Shown: positions 25,180-39,325, counted from the stretch's first letter. The stretch: 64,000 nucleotides of DNA from Chiloscyllium plagiosum (GCF_004010195.1 NC_057749.1:21612331-21676330); one strand, 5' to 3'. Notes: generated from the letters alone by a model not told the origin. Numbers and translations: made by a program.

Positions 25180-27360
25180 TCATTTTGGGTAAAGAATTAG
25201 CTGGAGGACTGAAAATGAGTCAGGTGAAATGATTATTGTTTGCACTGGAGGATGTGAAACATCAGGGTTCCTAAAGGGTCAGCCCTAAGATCTCCGCTGT
25301 TTGTTTTGAGAGCGATAAATTAACTGGATATTGGAATGCAAAGCAGATTTTTTAAATTTGCTGATGAAACCAAACTGGGAGGAGTGACCTCAGTGACTTG
25401 ACACTAATTGACTGCAACAGAATGTAGATGGGCTACCAGAGTGGGTAGGCAAGTGTAAATGGGATATAATACTGAATAGTGTGAAGTAATAAGTGTTAGC
25501 AAAATGGATAGAGAGAACATGAGCATGAATATAATGTTTAAAAGACACTTGGATAAGAACATGAATAGGAAAGATTTGGAGGGATATGGGTCAGGAGCAG
25601 GCACTGGTTTTGTTTGGGATTATGTTCAGCATGGACTGGTCGGACCGAATGGTCTGTCCTGGTGCTCTATGACTCTATCACTCTAAGCAAAGTACATTTA
25701 ATTGCACAGTTCTGAAGCGTGTGGGAATAGAAGGACCTTGGCAAACATGTTCATAGAGCTTTGAAGATGGCAAGACATTCCGAACAAATACATCTACAAG
25801 GGTGATGACAACACCATGTGGTCGGATGAATATCAAACAGTTATGAGTCAGAATACCAGAAGGAGATAGAGCGCTTGGTGATGTGATGCAGTGAGAACAA
25901 CTTCTTTCTCAATGTCAGGAAAACTATAGAACTGATTACTGACCTCAGAAAAAAGGAGGAGAACATGCCCCCATCTACATTTTTGGAGAAGAGGTTAAGA
26001 GGGTTGAGAGCGTAAAGTTCCTGGGAGTGACAATAACCGACACCCGTCCTGGGTTTCCCACGTAGATGCAGCGGTCAAGAAGGCATAACGATGCACCTTT
26101 TTTTTCTCAGGCAGCTCAGGAGATTTGGCGTAATCATAAGAATCCCCACCAACGTTTACAGATGCATACTGTCTGGCTGCATAAAGGCCTGGTATGGCAA
26201 CTGCTGTGCCCTGGGCCGTAAGGAACTACAGAGGGTGGTGTGCACAGCCCAGACCGTCATGGGAGCCAACCTCCCATTCACAGACTCCATTTATACAGCT
26301 GGCTGCCGTGGAAAGGCTGCCAATATCATCAAAGACCCATCCCCACCCCGGTAATGCTCTCCTACAATCTCTTCCATCAGGCAGAAGATTCAGAAGCTTG
26401 AACACACACCCAACAGATTCAAGATTAGCTTCTTCCAATAGACAATAGACAATAGGTGCAGGAGTAGGTCATTCAGCCCTTCGAGCCTGCACCACCATTC
26501 ATTATGATCATGGCTGATCATCCTTAATCAGTATCCTGATCCTGCCTTATCTCCATAACCCTTGATTCCACTATCTTTAAGAGCTCTATCCATGCCATTA
26601 TCAGACTGTACGGTGTAACCTGTATACCTAACTCTGCCCCCCCCATGATCTGTATGTCCTTGCTTACTATGATCTGCTTGTACTGTTCGCAAACAAAGCT
26701 TTTCACTGTACTACGCGTAACAATAAATCAAATCAAATCAGCTCAAAAGAATGGTGAACAAAGCATATGGGACTGTGGGCTTCATACATGGAGGTATTAC
26801 ATACAACAACAGAGCATTTTTATAAAACTCTAGTTAGACACAACTAATGAATTACATTCAGTTCTGGTCAGCACAATTTAGGAAAAATGTGAGCATCCTT
26901 GAGAGGGTGCAGAGAAGATTTATTGGGTTGGTTATGGGATGGAGGGTATCATAGCCACATGGGTTTAGGTTGGGGAAGCTGGTATTGTTCTCTTTGGAAC
27001 AAAAGAGATCAAAGGGAGATTGGATAGACATATAATGGATTAGGATAGGTTTAAATACATTAGAGAAGAAACAGTCTGTCTGATGGTGTAAGGGATCGGA
27101 GACCTAAAATTAAGGTTTTGGGCAAGGGGGAATAGGAAGAAGAGCTGTTTGCACAGTGAACGGTAATGATCTGGACCTTGCTGCCCATGAAGAGCTGGTG
27201 GATACAGAGACACTGTATAATTGCAAAAATAAATTGGATTGGCATTTGAAGGAAATAAGCATATTGAGCTCAGGGATAGAATGAGGAAATAGAACTGACT
27301 GGAAGATCAGCATTGATTCAATGGCTTGAATGACTTTCTTCTGTGTCGGAGATCTCTATA
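25180..27360 (+). mobile_element. Old CR1 3' region interrupted by a Rex1/Babar-like fragment (~25790-26740) and small CR1 3' ends (~25530-25685; ~26437-26590 minus)
   Basis: aaatttgctgatgaaaccaaactggga (KFADETKLG). The Rex-like part has HLFFLRQLRRFG..ILSGCIKAWYGNC..LQRVVCTAQ and a caaatcaaatca tail. Confidence 0.7.
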
Positions 27361-28417
27361 AAACCACTCCATACCTTCCTAAAATTCCAAAAAAACTAAT
27401 CACTGTAATCCTGTTTCCAGTCTTCAGCCAACTTTGAATCCATTCTGCCAGTGTGTGTTGCACTGTATGACCTTAGCTGACAATCCCACTATACGTCATT
27501 ATTAAATGCTTTTACATACATGCCATATCAAATGCGTAGCCTTTGTCAATCTTCCTTGTCACCGCATCAAAAAACTAACTCAACTTGGTTAAACACAACT
27601 TGCCTTTAACAAATGCCTGTTGCCTTTCCTTATTTAACCTTCAACTGTCAAATTGTCTCAGCGATATGCCTGAGATTATTGCCATTTTCTACCACTGAAG
27701 GATAAACTGACTTGCTTGTAAATGCCGGGTTTATCTTTTTGAACAATGGCTTCCAATTTTCAATTTTCCAGCCACTGTACCTGACGAGAATTGGAAGATT
27801 ATTACCAGCATTTTCACAATTTCCACCTCTCTCTCAGCTTCCCTGAATTATCTGATCCAATCCTGGCGATTTTGCATCCTTAAGTTCAACCAATCTTTCC
27901 AGTATCCACTATTTACCAACTTTGAGACTTATCTCAACTCTTTCTTCATTCGTGCTGACTTTGAAATGTATCTTCCTCCTTGGTAAACGTTGGTTAAAGA
28001 AGAACGATAAAGGTCCTGTGTACATGGGAAACAGAAACTCTCAGTGAGGGAAATCATCACCAGTTTGGTTCTACTGCTTTAACCGTGGTTAATCATTAGG
28101 AGCAAGAGGTGAAGTCACTCCTGAGACGGCCAACTAAGAAATCCCAAAGCTTACCAGACCACAAAGATTTAGGTCTGACCTCATTTACGATTTTATACAA
28201 CTGGAGAATGGGAACTTTCCCACCGAGCACCTTCTCCTTAACTTACCTTCCGGTGAAGCTTGCAACTTTGAAGCTAATCACCGTCCAAGACTTAAGAGCC
28301 TTCCTGCTGTTCTTATTTCAACAGACAACCCAGCTGCAGGCCAGTAAGCGTGCAGCCCTCATGAAAATCATAACAGGTGACTAGTTCTCCTACAGACTGG
28401 GCTTGGCAACTGGCATG

Positions 28418-28545
28418 GTAAAAACAATGACTTGCAGATGCTGGAAACCAGATTCTGGATTAGTGGTGCTGGAAGAGCACGCACAGCAGTTCAGGCAGCA
28501 TCCAAGGAGCAGCGAAATCAACGTTTCGGGCAAAAGCCCTTCATC
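28418..28545 (-). mobile_element. 128-bp PLE terminus insertion with perfect 12-bp TSD, 5' end inside the hammerhead core
   Basis: TSD gcaactggcatg at 28406-28417 and 28546-28557. The minus strand begins gatgaagggcttttgcccgaaacgttgatt. Confidence 0.88.
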
Positions 28546-28589
28546 GCAACTGGCATGCAGAGGGAGAATCCTACCCTGTACCTGTCATT

Positions 28590-29450
28590 GTTATCGAGTC
28601 ATAGGGCTGTACTGCGTGGAAGTAGGCCCTTCAGTCCACTTCATCCTGCTGACCAGATATCATAAATTAACGTAGTTTTAAATGTAATTGTACCAGCCTC
28701 CCCCAATTCTTCTGGCAGCTCATTCCACACACACAGCACCCTCTGTGTGAAAAAGATGCCCCTTAGGTCCCTTTTAGATTTTTCCCCTCTCACCATAAAT
28801 CTACGCCTTCTCATTCTGGACTCCCCCACCCCAGGGAAAAGACCTTGTCTATTTAACCGATCCATGCCCCTCATGATTGTATAATCTTCTATAAGGTCAT
28901 CCTTCAGCCTCTGATGCTCCAGGGAAAACAGCCCCAGCCTATTCAACCTCTCCCTATAGCTCAAAACCTCTAACTCTGACAACATCCATGTCAATCATTT
29001 CTGAACCTTTATAAGTTTCATAACATTCTGCCTATATCAGAGAAACCAGAATTGCACACAATATTCCAAAAGTGGCCTAACCAATACGTTATACAGCGGC
29101 AACATGACCTCCCAACTCCTATAATCAATGCACTGACCAATAAGGCAAGCATATCAAACCCCTTCTTCACTATTCTGTCTACCTGCGACTCCACTTTCAA
29201 GGAGCTATGCACCTGCATTCCAAGGTGTCTTTGTTCAGCAACACTCTCTAGGACTTTACCATTAAGTGTCTCAGTTCTGCCCTGATTTGCCTTTCCAAAA
29301 TTCAGCACCTCACATTTATCTAAATTAAACTCCATCTGCCACTCCTTGGCCCATTTGCCCATCTGATCAAGGTTGTATTGTACTCTGAGGTAACCTTCTT
29401 CGCTGTCCACTACACCTCTAATTTTGCTGTCATCTGCAAACTTAGTAATT
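28590..29450 (-). mobile_element. CR1 LINE 3' fragment
   Basis: ITKFADDSKIRGVVDSEEGY..WQMEFNLDKCEVLNFGK; LSYRERLNRLGLFSLE. Confidence 0.92.
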
Positions 29451-29531
29451 AACTTGATCTTGAGAACGTCGTCTCTTAATCTGTACTTTTGCTTGGAGCT
29501 TGCTAAATATTTGTCTACCCTGACAAAGAAA

Positions 29532-30627
29532 TGATTTGGAAGTGCTGGTGTTGGACTGACGTGGACAAAGTTAAAAATCACACAATATCACATTGTCTAT
29601 CTCATTGCTAGAGGCAGGGATACCCTGAGGCTTGGTACATTGGCGAGACTGAACAGATGCTATGACAACGAATGAACGGACACCATGCAACGATCACCAG
29701 CCAGGAATGTTCTCTCCCAGTCGGAGAACACATCAGCATCTGGGACATTCGGCCTCGGATCTCCGAGTGACCGTCCTCCAAGGCAGATTTCAGGACAAGC
29801 AACAACGCAAGTAGCCAAGCAGAGGCTGATAGCCAAGTTGGATACCCATGGGGAAGGCCTCAACCAGGACCTTGGGTTCATTTCTCACTACAAGAGACCC
29901 CAGTGCACGATATACTCTCTCTCTGTTTCTCTCTCTCACAAACACACACATACTCCTACATACTCACACTCATGCAGACCCTCTCTCATACACAAGCTCT
30001 GTCTCATACGTACTCACACACCCTGCACTCACCTCCACGCACTCATCCTCTCACAGGCTTAAACCCCATCACACTCACACACATACTTGACCAAGCTTAC
30101 AGACACACACACACCCCCATTCTGTCTTTCCTGCATGCGCACACATATAAGTTTATGGGGTGAATTTGTATTTGCAGAATTACATTTTATTTTGCTGAAA
30201 AACTGCATAAATCCATGCAAGGTTCTGTAAGCGTCACTTTAGAAATAGAATTGACTCAACATTGGTACAGACTTTACCTTCACACATTTAGTGCATTGTC
30301 TGAGCTGAGATGACGCCTGTTACTAGATAAACTGACACCACCTTGAGAATGTAATATGCAAAGAACCTCTTAAAGGACTTACCACCATGTCCCATTCTAA
30401 AAGTTGAATGACTTAATCTCAATTTGTTTAACCTGGTGTTATGTGATTTTTAACGAAGTTGTTTAATACATTATTACAACTCCATGACACTGTAACCTTT
30501 TTGGTATAAATTCTGTGTCGTGTGGTCATGTTCCACAACTACCTGATGAAGGAGCAGCGCTCGAAAAAGTTAGTGCTTCCAAATAAACCTGTTGGACTAT
30601 AACCCGGTGTTCTGTGATTTTTTAACT
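29532..30627 (+). mobile_element. PLE family 2: inverted terminal piece, GIY-YIG remnant, (CA/CT)-rich UTR and terminus; 12-bp TSD
   Basis: RQGYPEAWYIGETEQML*QRMNGH..SLPVGEH at ~29611-29735. TSD ctgacaaagaaa at 29520-29531 and 30628-30639. Decayed hammerhead at 30543-30573. Confidence 0.85.
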
Positions 30628-30862
30628 CTGACAAAGAAAAAATAACTTGCAGTTATAAGTAAAACCAAAGTAAAAATCCTGTCTAGTTCATGTGATACGT
30701 TCTGTCCTAAGACAATACATTTTAAATTCCAAAATCAGCTTTATTTTCCTCTGACCAGTAAATTATCCTTAAATTTTTTTATTAATAAAACAATGAATTG
30801 GTTTCTTCGTAATGAATTTTAACAGGCTGAAATAAATTGATTTATCTTCAATTATACTATTT

Positions 30863-31230
30863 TGGAAGCACACTAGCTTTCGGAGCGACGCTCCTTCATC
30901 AGGTGATTGTGGAGGGCTCAATCGTAACACAGAATTTATAGCAAAAATTTACAGTGTGATGTAACTGAAATTATACATTGAAAAATTGATTGTCTGTTAA
31001 GCATTTCATCTGATAGTTTCACTTCTTTCATGTGTAAATCACAAAACCCTTTTTTTTGGTGATAGCTAGACAATATGTTGAAGGTGTTAGCCCCCTGTGT
31101 TCTCTGTCTATGACCTGATGTATAGATTGAGTCTAATCTAAAAAGTGAGATAACAGAGTTTTACATAAATTCATGCTGTTTTTGAGCTCAGAGTTCTCCA
31201 TGAATGTATGCAGTTTTTGAGCAAAGTGCA
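30863..31230 (-). mobile_element. PLE family-2 terminus, internally deleted
   Basis: Reverse complement of 23640-23845, plus upstream UTR resembling 30160-30300. Confidence 0.8.
30871..30905 (-). ncRNA. Minimal type I hammerhead ribozyme motif (family 2)
   Basis: Minus strand cac-CTGATGA-a-GGAGC-gtc-GCTCC-GAAA-gc-TA-gtg, identical to 23804-23838. Confidence 0.8.
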
Positions 31231-31845
31231 ATGCACAAAACCATGTTGACTATCCCTAATCAGTCCTTGCCTTTCCAAATACATGTACATCCTGTCCCTC
31301 AGGATTCCCTCCAACAACTTGCCCATCACCAAGGTCAGGCTCATCGGTCTATAGATCCCTGGCTTGTCTTTACCACCCTTCTTAAACAGTGGCACCACAT
31401 TTGCCAACCTCCAGTCTTCTGGCACTTCACCTGTGACTATCAATGATACAAATATCTCATCAAGAGGCCCAGCCTAGCTTCCCACAGAGTTTTTGGGTAC
31501 ACCTGATCAGGTCCTGGGGATTTAACCACCTTTACCCATTTCAAGACATCCAGCACTTCCTCCTCTGTAGTCTAGACATTTTACAAGATGTTACCGTCTA
31601 TTTCCCTACAGGCTATGTCTTCCATATCCTTTTCCACAGTAAATACTGTTGCAAAATACTCATTTAGTATCTCACCCATTTTCTGCAGCTCCGCACAAAG
31701 GCCGCCTTGCTTATCTTTGAAGGGCCATATTCTCTCCCTAGTTATCCTTTTGTCCTTAATATATTTGTAAAAACCCTTTGGATTCTCCTTAATTCTATTT
31801 GCCAATTCTGTCTCATGTCCCCTTTTAGCCCTCCTGATTTTTTCT
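31230..31845 (-). mobile_element. CR1 ORF2 internal fragment
   Basis: IKENPKGFYKYIK; TGEVPEDWRLANVVPLFKKGGKDKPGIYRPMSLT..QHGFV. Confidence 0.92.
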
Positions 31846-31892
31846 CGGTTAATTCTTTAAAAGTCTGTAATCAGGAAGTCCTTGTGACTTCA

Positions 31893-32205
31893 TAGAATCC
31901 CTCCAGTGTGAAAACAGGCCAATTAACCCAACAAGTCCACACCAACCCTCCAAAGAGCGTCCCACCTAGACCCACTCCCTACCCTAGCCCTGCAACCCTG
32001 CATTTCCCATGGCTAATGTACACATCCCAAGCACTGTGGGTAATTTAGCATGGTCAATCCACTTCACTTGCACATCTTTGGACTGTAGAAGTAAACCAAA
32101 GCACCCAGAGGAAACCCAGGCAGACTCAGGGAGAATGTGTAATCATCACATTGTCATTCGAGATTGGAATCAAGCCCGGAATCCTGGCGCTGTGAGCAAC
32201 TGTGC
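31893..32205 (-). mobile_element. HE1-like SINE
   Basis: Reverse-complement HE1 tail and core (agaatccctccagtgtgaaaacaggcc..catctttggactgt). Confidence 0.8.
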
Positions 32206-32289
32206 TGCCTTTTGTTCAAAGAATGAAACAAGTCATTGTCTAAAATGAAAAGAATGTGGTTATAATCAGTAATATGCGTCATGTAGCTA

Positions 32290-32720
32290 CCCACGTTCAA
32301 TGTCAGCCTTAGTCAACAGTTTCTGTGCAGTTTGCATATTCTCCCCCGTGTCTACATGAGTTTATCCTGGGTGCTCTGGTTTCCTCCCATAGCCTAAAGA
32401 TGTGTGGGCTAGGTGGATTTGCAATGCAAAATGCAGGGTTACTGGGATAGAGAGGTGGATCTGGGTGGACTCGATGGGCTGAATGAAGAATCAAGATTAG
32501 AGTGGTGCTGGAAAAGCACAGTAGGTCAGGCAGCATTCCTGATCAAGGCTTCCAGCCCAAACGGTCGATTTTCCTGCTCATCGGATGCTGCCTGACCTGC
32601 TGTGCTTTTCCAGCACCATCTCATCTTGACTCTAATTTCCAGCATCTGCAGTCCTCACTTTCACCTCGATGGGTTGGATGGTCTGTTCCACACTGTAGAG
32701 ATTCTATGATGATTCTATGG
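32290..32720 (+). mobile_element. HE1-like SINE containing a fold-back PLE insertion (32486-32665)
   Basis: Approximate TSD tcgatgggctgaatg (32471-32485) / tcgatgggttggatg (32666-32680). The inverted arms switch at the start of the hammerhead (tcctgatca). Confidence 0.8.
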
Positions 32721-33618
32721 TTTAAATCTGGTATTCAGCAATCACACACTTTAAATACTTCAGCTCACGTTGAATGTTAAGGGGAAAACTCCACTCATTT
32801 ATAAATTTAATAACCTTTCCAAAACATCCACTGTGGTACCATTATCACACATTTCCAATAAGAACATCCACCTAAACATCATGTTGATATTTATTATTAG
32901 TACATTTAAGGAATTTGAGTGATGAAACTACATTTTAAACTCTTTTAAACAACATTTTTGCTGGTGACAATTGATCAGATTTTATCTTTCAGAAAATAAT
33001 TTACTACTAAATCACAAATGTGTTGCTGGAACTGTATTTGTTCTTCAAACTTAACGGTTTCACGCTTATCTGCTCCAGACCACTGGGGTTTATTTAGCTT
33101 TTGCCACATTTCATGGACTATTTTTACTTCACTATTTTTTATAACTTCGAATTAAATATTTCAGCTCTCCTGACCATATCAATTTTGAGACAGTTTACAT
33201 GTTTTTTTTTCCTCATTCAAACTTATTTATTATTTTAGTACACATTTAGCTACAGGTGGTGATTTTAATTGTTATTCCATCTCCCTTATATTCAATAATG
33301 ACAACTTCAGTTTAGGTAAACTTACTTTGTCCAATTCAAACTGCTCGAGCAAATTAAAATGTGTTCCCCTTCCCTTTGAAAGAGAATTCAGAGAGTCTTT
33401 ATTAACTTTTATTCTATGAAGGGAATATTTGGATGAGAATGGACTTATTAGGGATAGTCATCATGGATTTATGCAGGGGAGGTCTTGCCTCACAAACACT
33501 ACAGAGGTTTTTGAGGAAGTGACAAAGATGATTAATGAGGGTAGAGCAGTGGATGTTGTCTATATGGACTTTACTCATGCATTTGACAAGGTTGCTATAG
33601 TAGATTATTCCAGAGAAT

Positions 33619-34058
33619 TGGGGCGGCATGGTGGCTCAGTGGTTAGTGCCAGGGACTTGGGTTAAATTCCCACCTCAGGCAACGGTCTGTGTGGAGTTTG
33701 CACATTGTCCCTGTCCCTGTGTCTGTGTGGGTTTCCTCCCACAGTCCAATGATGTGCAGGTCAGGTGAATTGGCCATGCTAAATTGCCCAATGTGTTAGG
33801 TACATTACTCAGGGGTAATTATAGGTGAATGGGTTTGGGGGTGTTGCTCTTCGGAGGGTCGGTGTGGACTTGTTGGGCCGAAGGGCCTGTTCCAATGATG
33901 TGCAGGTCAGGTGAATTGGCCATGCTAAATTGCCCAATGTGTTAGGTACATTACTCAGGGGTAATTATAGATGAATGGGTTTGGGGTGTTGCTCTTCAGA
34001 GGGTCGGTGTGGACTTGTTGGGCCGAAGGGCCTGTTTCCACACTGTAGGGAATCTAAT
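33619..34058 (+). mobile_element. HE1-like SINE with 146-bp internal tandem duplication
   Basis: tccaatgatgtgcaggtcagg..gggcctgt begins at both 33745 and 33891. Confidence 0.88.
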
Positions 34059-34248
34059 CAGAGTCAAGATTAGAGTGGTGCTGGAAAGGCATTGCAGGTC
34101 AGGCAGCATTTGAGGAGGAGGCAAATCGACGTTTCGGGCAAAAGCTCTTCATCTGGAGGCTTTTGCCCGAAACATCGATTTTCCTGTTCCTCAGATGCTG
34201 CCTGACCTGCAGTGCTTTTCCAGCTTCACTCTGGACTCCAGCATCTGA
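34059..34248. mobile_element. Fold-back short PLE insertion
   Basis: The minus arm ends cgtttcgggcaaaagctcttcatc; the plus arm begins ggcttttgcccgaaacatcgatt. Confidence 0.82.
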
Positions 34249-35440
34249 TAACTTTTGCCCTGTTCCAGAAAATCAATTTGCTTGGTGCGCTGGCAAGTAG
34301 CATACGAAATCAACTTGGGCCATAGAAGACAGAGGGTAGTTATGGAGGGGTATTTTTCTGACGGGATGGTCTATGACCATTGAAGTTCCACAAGGACAAG
34401 TGTGCGGACCTCTGTCTTGGATTTGGATGAAAATGTTGGTGGTCTGATTACGTTTGGCAGAGAATTGGCAGAGGGAATTTAACTTGGACAAATGTGAGGT
34501 GGTGCATTTTGGGAGGTCAAATGCCAGAGGAAATAGATAGCAAATGGCAATTCCCTTAGGAGCATTGATATACAGTGCATTCTATGCTTGTTTTGAACAG
34601 AAGGTCAATGAAACGACACTAACTATCCCAACAGCCTTGGATGTATCAGTACGCATAGTCACCACCCTAGGTGTTAGCTTGACCTTGAAAGTGAACCCAC
34701 AGAAAGCCACTGGGCCCAGATGGAGTCCCTGGCTTTGCACTCAGATCCTGTTTGGACCAGTGGGCGGGAGTATTCCCAGAAATCTTCACTATCTCCTTGT
34801 TCCAATGTGAGGTTCCCACCTGTTTCAAGACCATCACCATGATTGCAGGCCAAAGAAAAATCACCCAGCGTGCCTTATTGACGACTGCCCTGTGGCTCTG
34901 ACCCTCTAACATTATGAAGTTCTTCAAGAGATTATCAACTCCAGCTTCCTAGATTGCCTCGATCCTTTGCAGTTCGCCTACCGGTGCAACAGTCCGCAGC
35001 AGATGCCATTTCCCTGACCGTACACTCATCCCTGGCACATCTGGATAACAAAGATACCTACACCAAGTTCATACATATTGACTACAGTTCCATCTTCCAA
35101 ACAAACTCATCTTTAAACTCCAAGACCTTGGTCTCAGCTCCCCCCTCTGTAACTGGATCCTTGACCCCTGACCTATAGACTGCAATCAGTCAGACTAGGC
35201 AACAACCCCTCCTCCACCATAATCCTCAACACTGGTGGCCCAAAAGGCTGCATACTTGGCCCCTTACTCTCACTCTCCTTTTTACTCTCACGACTGTGTG
35301 GCCAAATTCCACCCAACTCCATTTACAAGTTCGTTGACAACCACCACCATTGTAGGCCGAATTTCAAACCTATCGAGGCAGAGTACAGGAAAGAGATTGA
35401 GTGCTTAGTGGCATGGCGTAAAGATAACAATCTCTTCATG

Positions 35441-38400
35441 AGTAGAACATAGAACATGGAACATTCTGGCGCAGTACAGGCCCTTCGGCCCTCGATGTTA
35501 TGCCAACCTGTGAAACCAATCTGAAGCCCGTCTAACCTACGCTATTCCATTATCATCCATATGTTTATCCCATGACCATTTAAATGCCCTTAAAGTTGGC
35601 GAGTCTACCACTGTTGCAGGCAGAGCATTCCACACCCTTACTATCCTCTTTTCCTACCTCTGACATGTGTGCTATATCTATCACCCCTCAATTTAAAGCT
35701 ATGTCCCTTGTGCTAGCCATCACCATCCAAGGAAAAAGGCACTCACTGTCCATCCTATCTAAACCTCTGATCATCTCATATATCTCTATTAAGTAACTTC
35801 CTAACCTTCTTCTTTGTAACGAGAACAGCTTCAAGTCCCTCAGCCTTTCCTCGTAGGAACTTCACTCCATACCAGGCAACATCCTAGTAAATCTCCTCTG
35901 AACCCTTTCTAATGCTTCTACATCCTTCCTATAATATGGTGACTAGAACTGTATGCAGTAACTGTACGCTTCCACACAGTTTTGTACAGCTGCAACATGG
36001 CTTCATGGCTCCGCAACACAATCCCTCTACCCGTAAAGTTAACACACCATACATCTTCTTAACAACCCTATCAACCTGGATGGCAACTTTTCGGGATCTA
36101 TGCACATGGACACCAAGATCTCTGCTCATCTGCACTACCAAGAATCTTACCATTAGCCCAGTACTCTTTATTCCTGTTGCTCCTTCCAAAGTGAATCACC
36201 TCACAGTTTTCTGCATTAAACTCCATTTGCCACTTCTTAGTCCAGCTTTGCAGCTTCTCTATGTCCCTGTGTAACCTACAAAATCCTTCTGCACTGTCTA
36301 CAACACCACCAACTTTAGGCGAAAGTGAGTACTGCAGATGATGGAGATACAACCTCATCACCTCAGGGAATCTCCCACCCACAGCTTCCAACCTCATAGC
36401 TTGGGAACTTCACACCATCCCATTCTACTTCCTACCCAAGATCCACAAACCTGACCACCCCAGCTGACCCATCCTGCCCCACTGACCTCATCTCCATGTA
36501 CCTTGATACTGTTCTATGTCCCCTGGTCCAGGAACTCTCCACGTACGTTGGGGACACCACCCACACCCTCCACCTCCTCAACCCCCAGCCTCCAATGCCT
36601 CATCTTCACCATGGACATCCAAATCCCTCTACACCTCCACCTGCAATGACCAGAGCCTCCAAATCCTCAGTTTCTTCCTCTCCCAATATCCCCACCAGTA
36701 CCCTTCCACTGACACTGTCATTCATTTGGCTGAACTGGTCAACACCCTCAATAATCTCTCCTTCAAATCCTCCCACTTCCTCCAGATGAAAGGAGTAGCC
36801 ATGGGCACCTGCATGGGCCCCAGCTATGCCTGTCTCTTTGTCGGTTACGTAGAACAGTCCATCTTCCGGAGTCACACCGGCACCAGTCCCCACCTTTTCC
36901 CCCGCTACATTGATAACTACATCGATGCCACCTTGTCCTCCCACAAGGAGGTTGAACAGTTCATCAACTTCACCAACACATTCCACCCGATCTTAAATTC
37001 ACCTGGACCATCTCAGACGCCTCCTTCCCCTTCCTGGACCTCTCCATCTCCATCAATGATGACCGACTCAACACTGACATTTTCTACAAACCCACTGATT
37101 CCTACAGCTACCTGGACTACACCTTCTCCCACCCTACCTCCTGTAAAAATGCTACGTCATATTCCCAACTCTCCGATTCCGCTGCATCTGCTCCCAGGAG
37201 GACGAGTTCCACCACAGACCACAGCAGATGGCGTCCTTCTTTAAAGACAGTAATTTCCCCTCTCACGTGGTTGATAATGCCCTACAGCGCATCTCATCCA
37301 CATCCCTCACCTCCGCACTCAAACCCCACCCCTCCAGCTGCAACAAGGACAGAACCCTCCCCGGTCCTCACCGTCCACCACACCAACCTCCATATAGATT
37401 GCATCATTCTCCACCATTCCGCTACCTACAAACAGACACCACCATCAGAGTTATATTCCTCCCCTCCATCCACTTTCCGTACAGACCATTCCCTCCGCGA
37501 CTCCCTGATCAGGTCCATGCCACCCACCAACCCACCAACCCACCCTCTCCTCCTGGCACCTTCCCCTGCCACCGCAGGAATTGCAAAACCTGCGCCCACA
37601 CCTCCCCCCTCACCTCCATCCAAGGCCCCAAAGGAGCCTTCCACATCCATCAGAGTTTTACCTGCATTCCAAACATGTCATTTACTGTATCTGTTGCTCC
37701 CGGTGCGGTCTCCTCTACACTAGAGAGACAGGACGCCGACTTGCAGAGCGCTTCAGAGAACATCTCCGGGACACACTTCAATTCCACCTCCCACTCTGCC
37801 AAGGAGAAGCAGGTCCTGGGCCTCCAATGCCTGGAGGATGAATGCCTCATCTTTCCCCTCAGGACCCTCCAACCCCTGGTCATCAATGTAGTTTTTACAG
37901 TTTCCTCATTTCCCCTCCCTCCACCTTACCCCAGTTCCAACCTTCCAGCTCAGCACTGTCCCTCATGACCCGTCCTACCTGCCAATCTTCCTTCCCACCT
38001 CTCCACTCCACCCTCCTCTCCAACTTATCACCATTACCCCCACCTCCGTTTACTTATTGCACTCACAGCAACCTTCCCCCCATCCTCACCCCTCCTCCCA
38101 CTTATCTCTCCACTCCCTCGGCTCACTGCCTCAATCATGATGAAGGTCTTTTGCCCGAAGCGTCGATTCTCCTGTTCTTCGGATGCTGCCTGACTTGCTG
38201 TGCTTTTCCAGCACCACACTCTCGACTCCACCAACTCTACTGTCATCCGTAAACTTACTAACACATCCTTCTACGTCCTCATCCAGGACATTTATAAAAA
38301 TGACAAACAGCAGTGGACCCAAAACAGATCCTTGCGGTACACCACTAGTAACTGAACCACAGGATGAACATTTCCCATCAATCATCACCCTCTCTACTTT

Positions 38401-38625
38401 CAGCTAGCCGATTTCTGATCCAAACCATTAAATTACCCTCAATTCCATGCCTCAGTATTTTCTGCAATAACCTACCATGGGGAACCTTATCAAATACTTT
38501 ACTGAAATCTATATACACTATATCAACCGCTTTACCCTCATCCACCTGTTTGGTCACCTTCTCAAAGAACTCAGTAAAGTTTCTGAGGCACGACTTACTC
38601 TTCACAAAAAAGGGTAGGTCATGCC
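35441..38625 (-). mobile_element. CR1 LINE (35441-36317 plus 38228-38625), split by a PLE
   Basis: Tail (tagaaca)n at 35442. KSKSCLRNFTEFFE..DIVYIDFSKVFDKVPHGRL; SGVPQGSVLGPLLFVIFIN. Short inverted piece at the 5' end (38610-38628). Confidence 0.88.
36318..38227 (+). mobile_element. Longest PLE in the window (family 1): RT, GIY-YIG, 3' UTR with decayed hammerhead, inverted 5' terminal piece
   Basis: FYFLPKIHKPD; MKGVAMGTCMGPSYACLFVG; FPRYIDNY; HVIYCICCSRCGLLYTRETGRRLAERFREH; catgatgaaggtcttttgcccgaagcgtc at ~38136. TSD ccaccaacttta (36306-36317) / ccaccaactcta (38228-38239). Confidence 0.92.
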
Positions 38626-39211
38626 TCACAATGTCAGCAAAGTGAAGGAGCTGGTTGTTTACATCAGGAAGCAGAGTGGAGGGCACACACCTCCCTCATC
38701 AATGGTGTTGAGGTGAAGATAGTTGAAAGTGTCAAGTTCCAGGGAGTGATGATCGGGAGCTATCTGCCCTGGTCCACCCATGTCGATGTATTGGTCAAGG
38801 AAGGACAATGACGTCTCTACCTACTCAAAAGGCTAAGAAAATTCAACATGTCCACAAGGGATCCTTACACATTTTTGTAGATACACCACAGAAAGCATTC
38901 TATCCGGATGCACCACAGCTTGGTCGGGCAACTGCTCCACTCAAGATCACAAGAAATTGCAGAGAGCTGTGAGTGCAGCCCAGTCCATCACACAAACCAG
39001 ACTTCCTTCCATTAATTCTATCTGTGCATCCTGCTGCCTCGGGAAAGCAATCAAAGACTCCTCCACCCCTCCCCCCTCCCGGTTATACTCTCTTCCACCC
39101 TTTTCCATTGGGCAGAAGATATAAAAATTGAACACATGTACAAATAGATTCCCCACTGTTATCAGATTATTTAATGGACCTCTCAAATGTTGATTCTGAT
39201 CTCTCATTTCC

Positions 39212-39251
39212 CCTCTCTCTCTCTATCTCTCTATCTCTCTCTATTTCTCTG

Positions 39252-39282
<31 letters not shown>

Positions 39283-39325
39283 TTCTCTATCTCTCTCTGT
39301 CTCTCTCTCTCTCTTTATCTTCTCT
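39212..39325 (+). repeat. (CT)n-rich microsatellite
   Basis: ctctctctctctatctctctatctctct... Confidence 0.9.
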
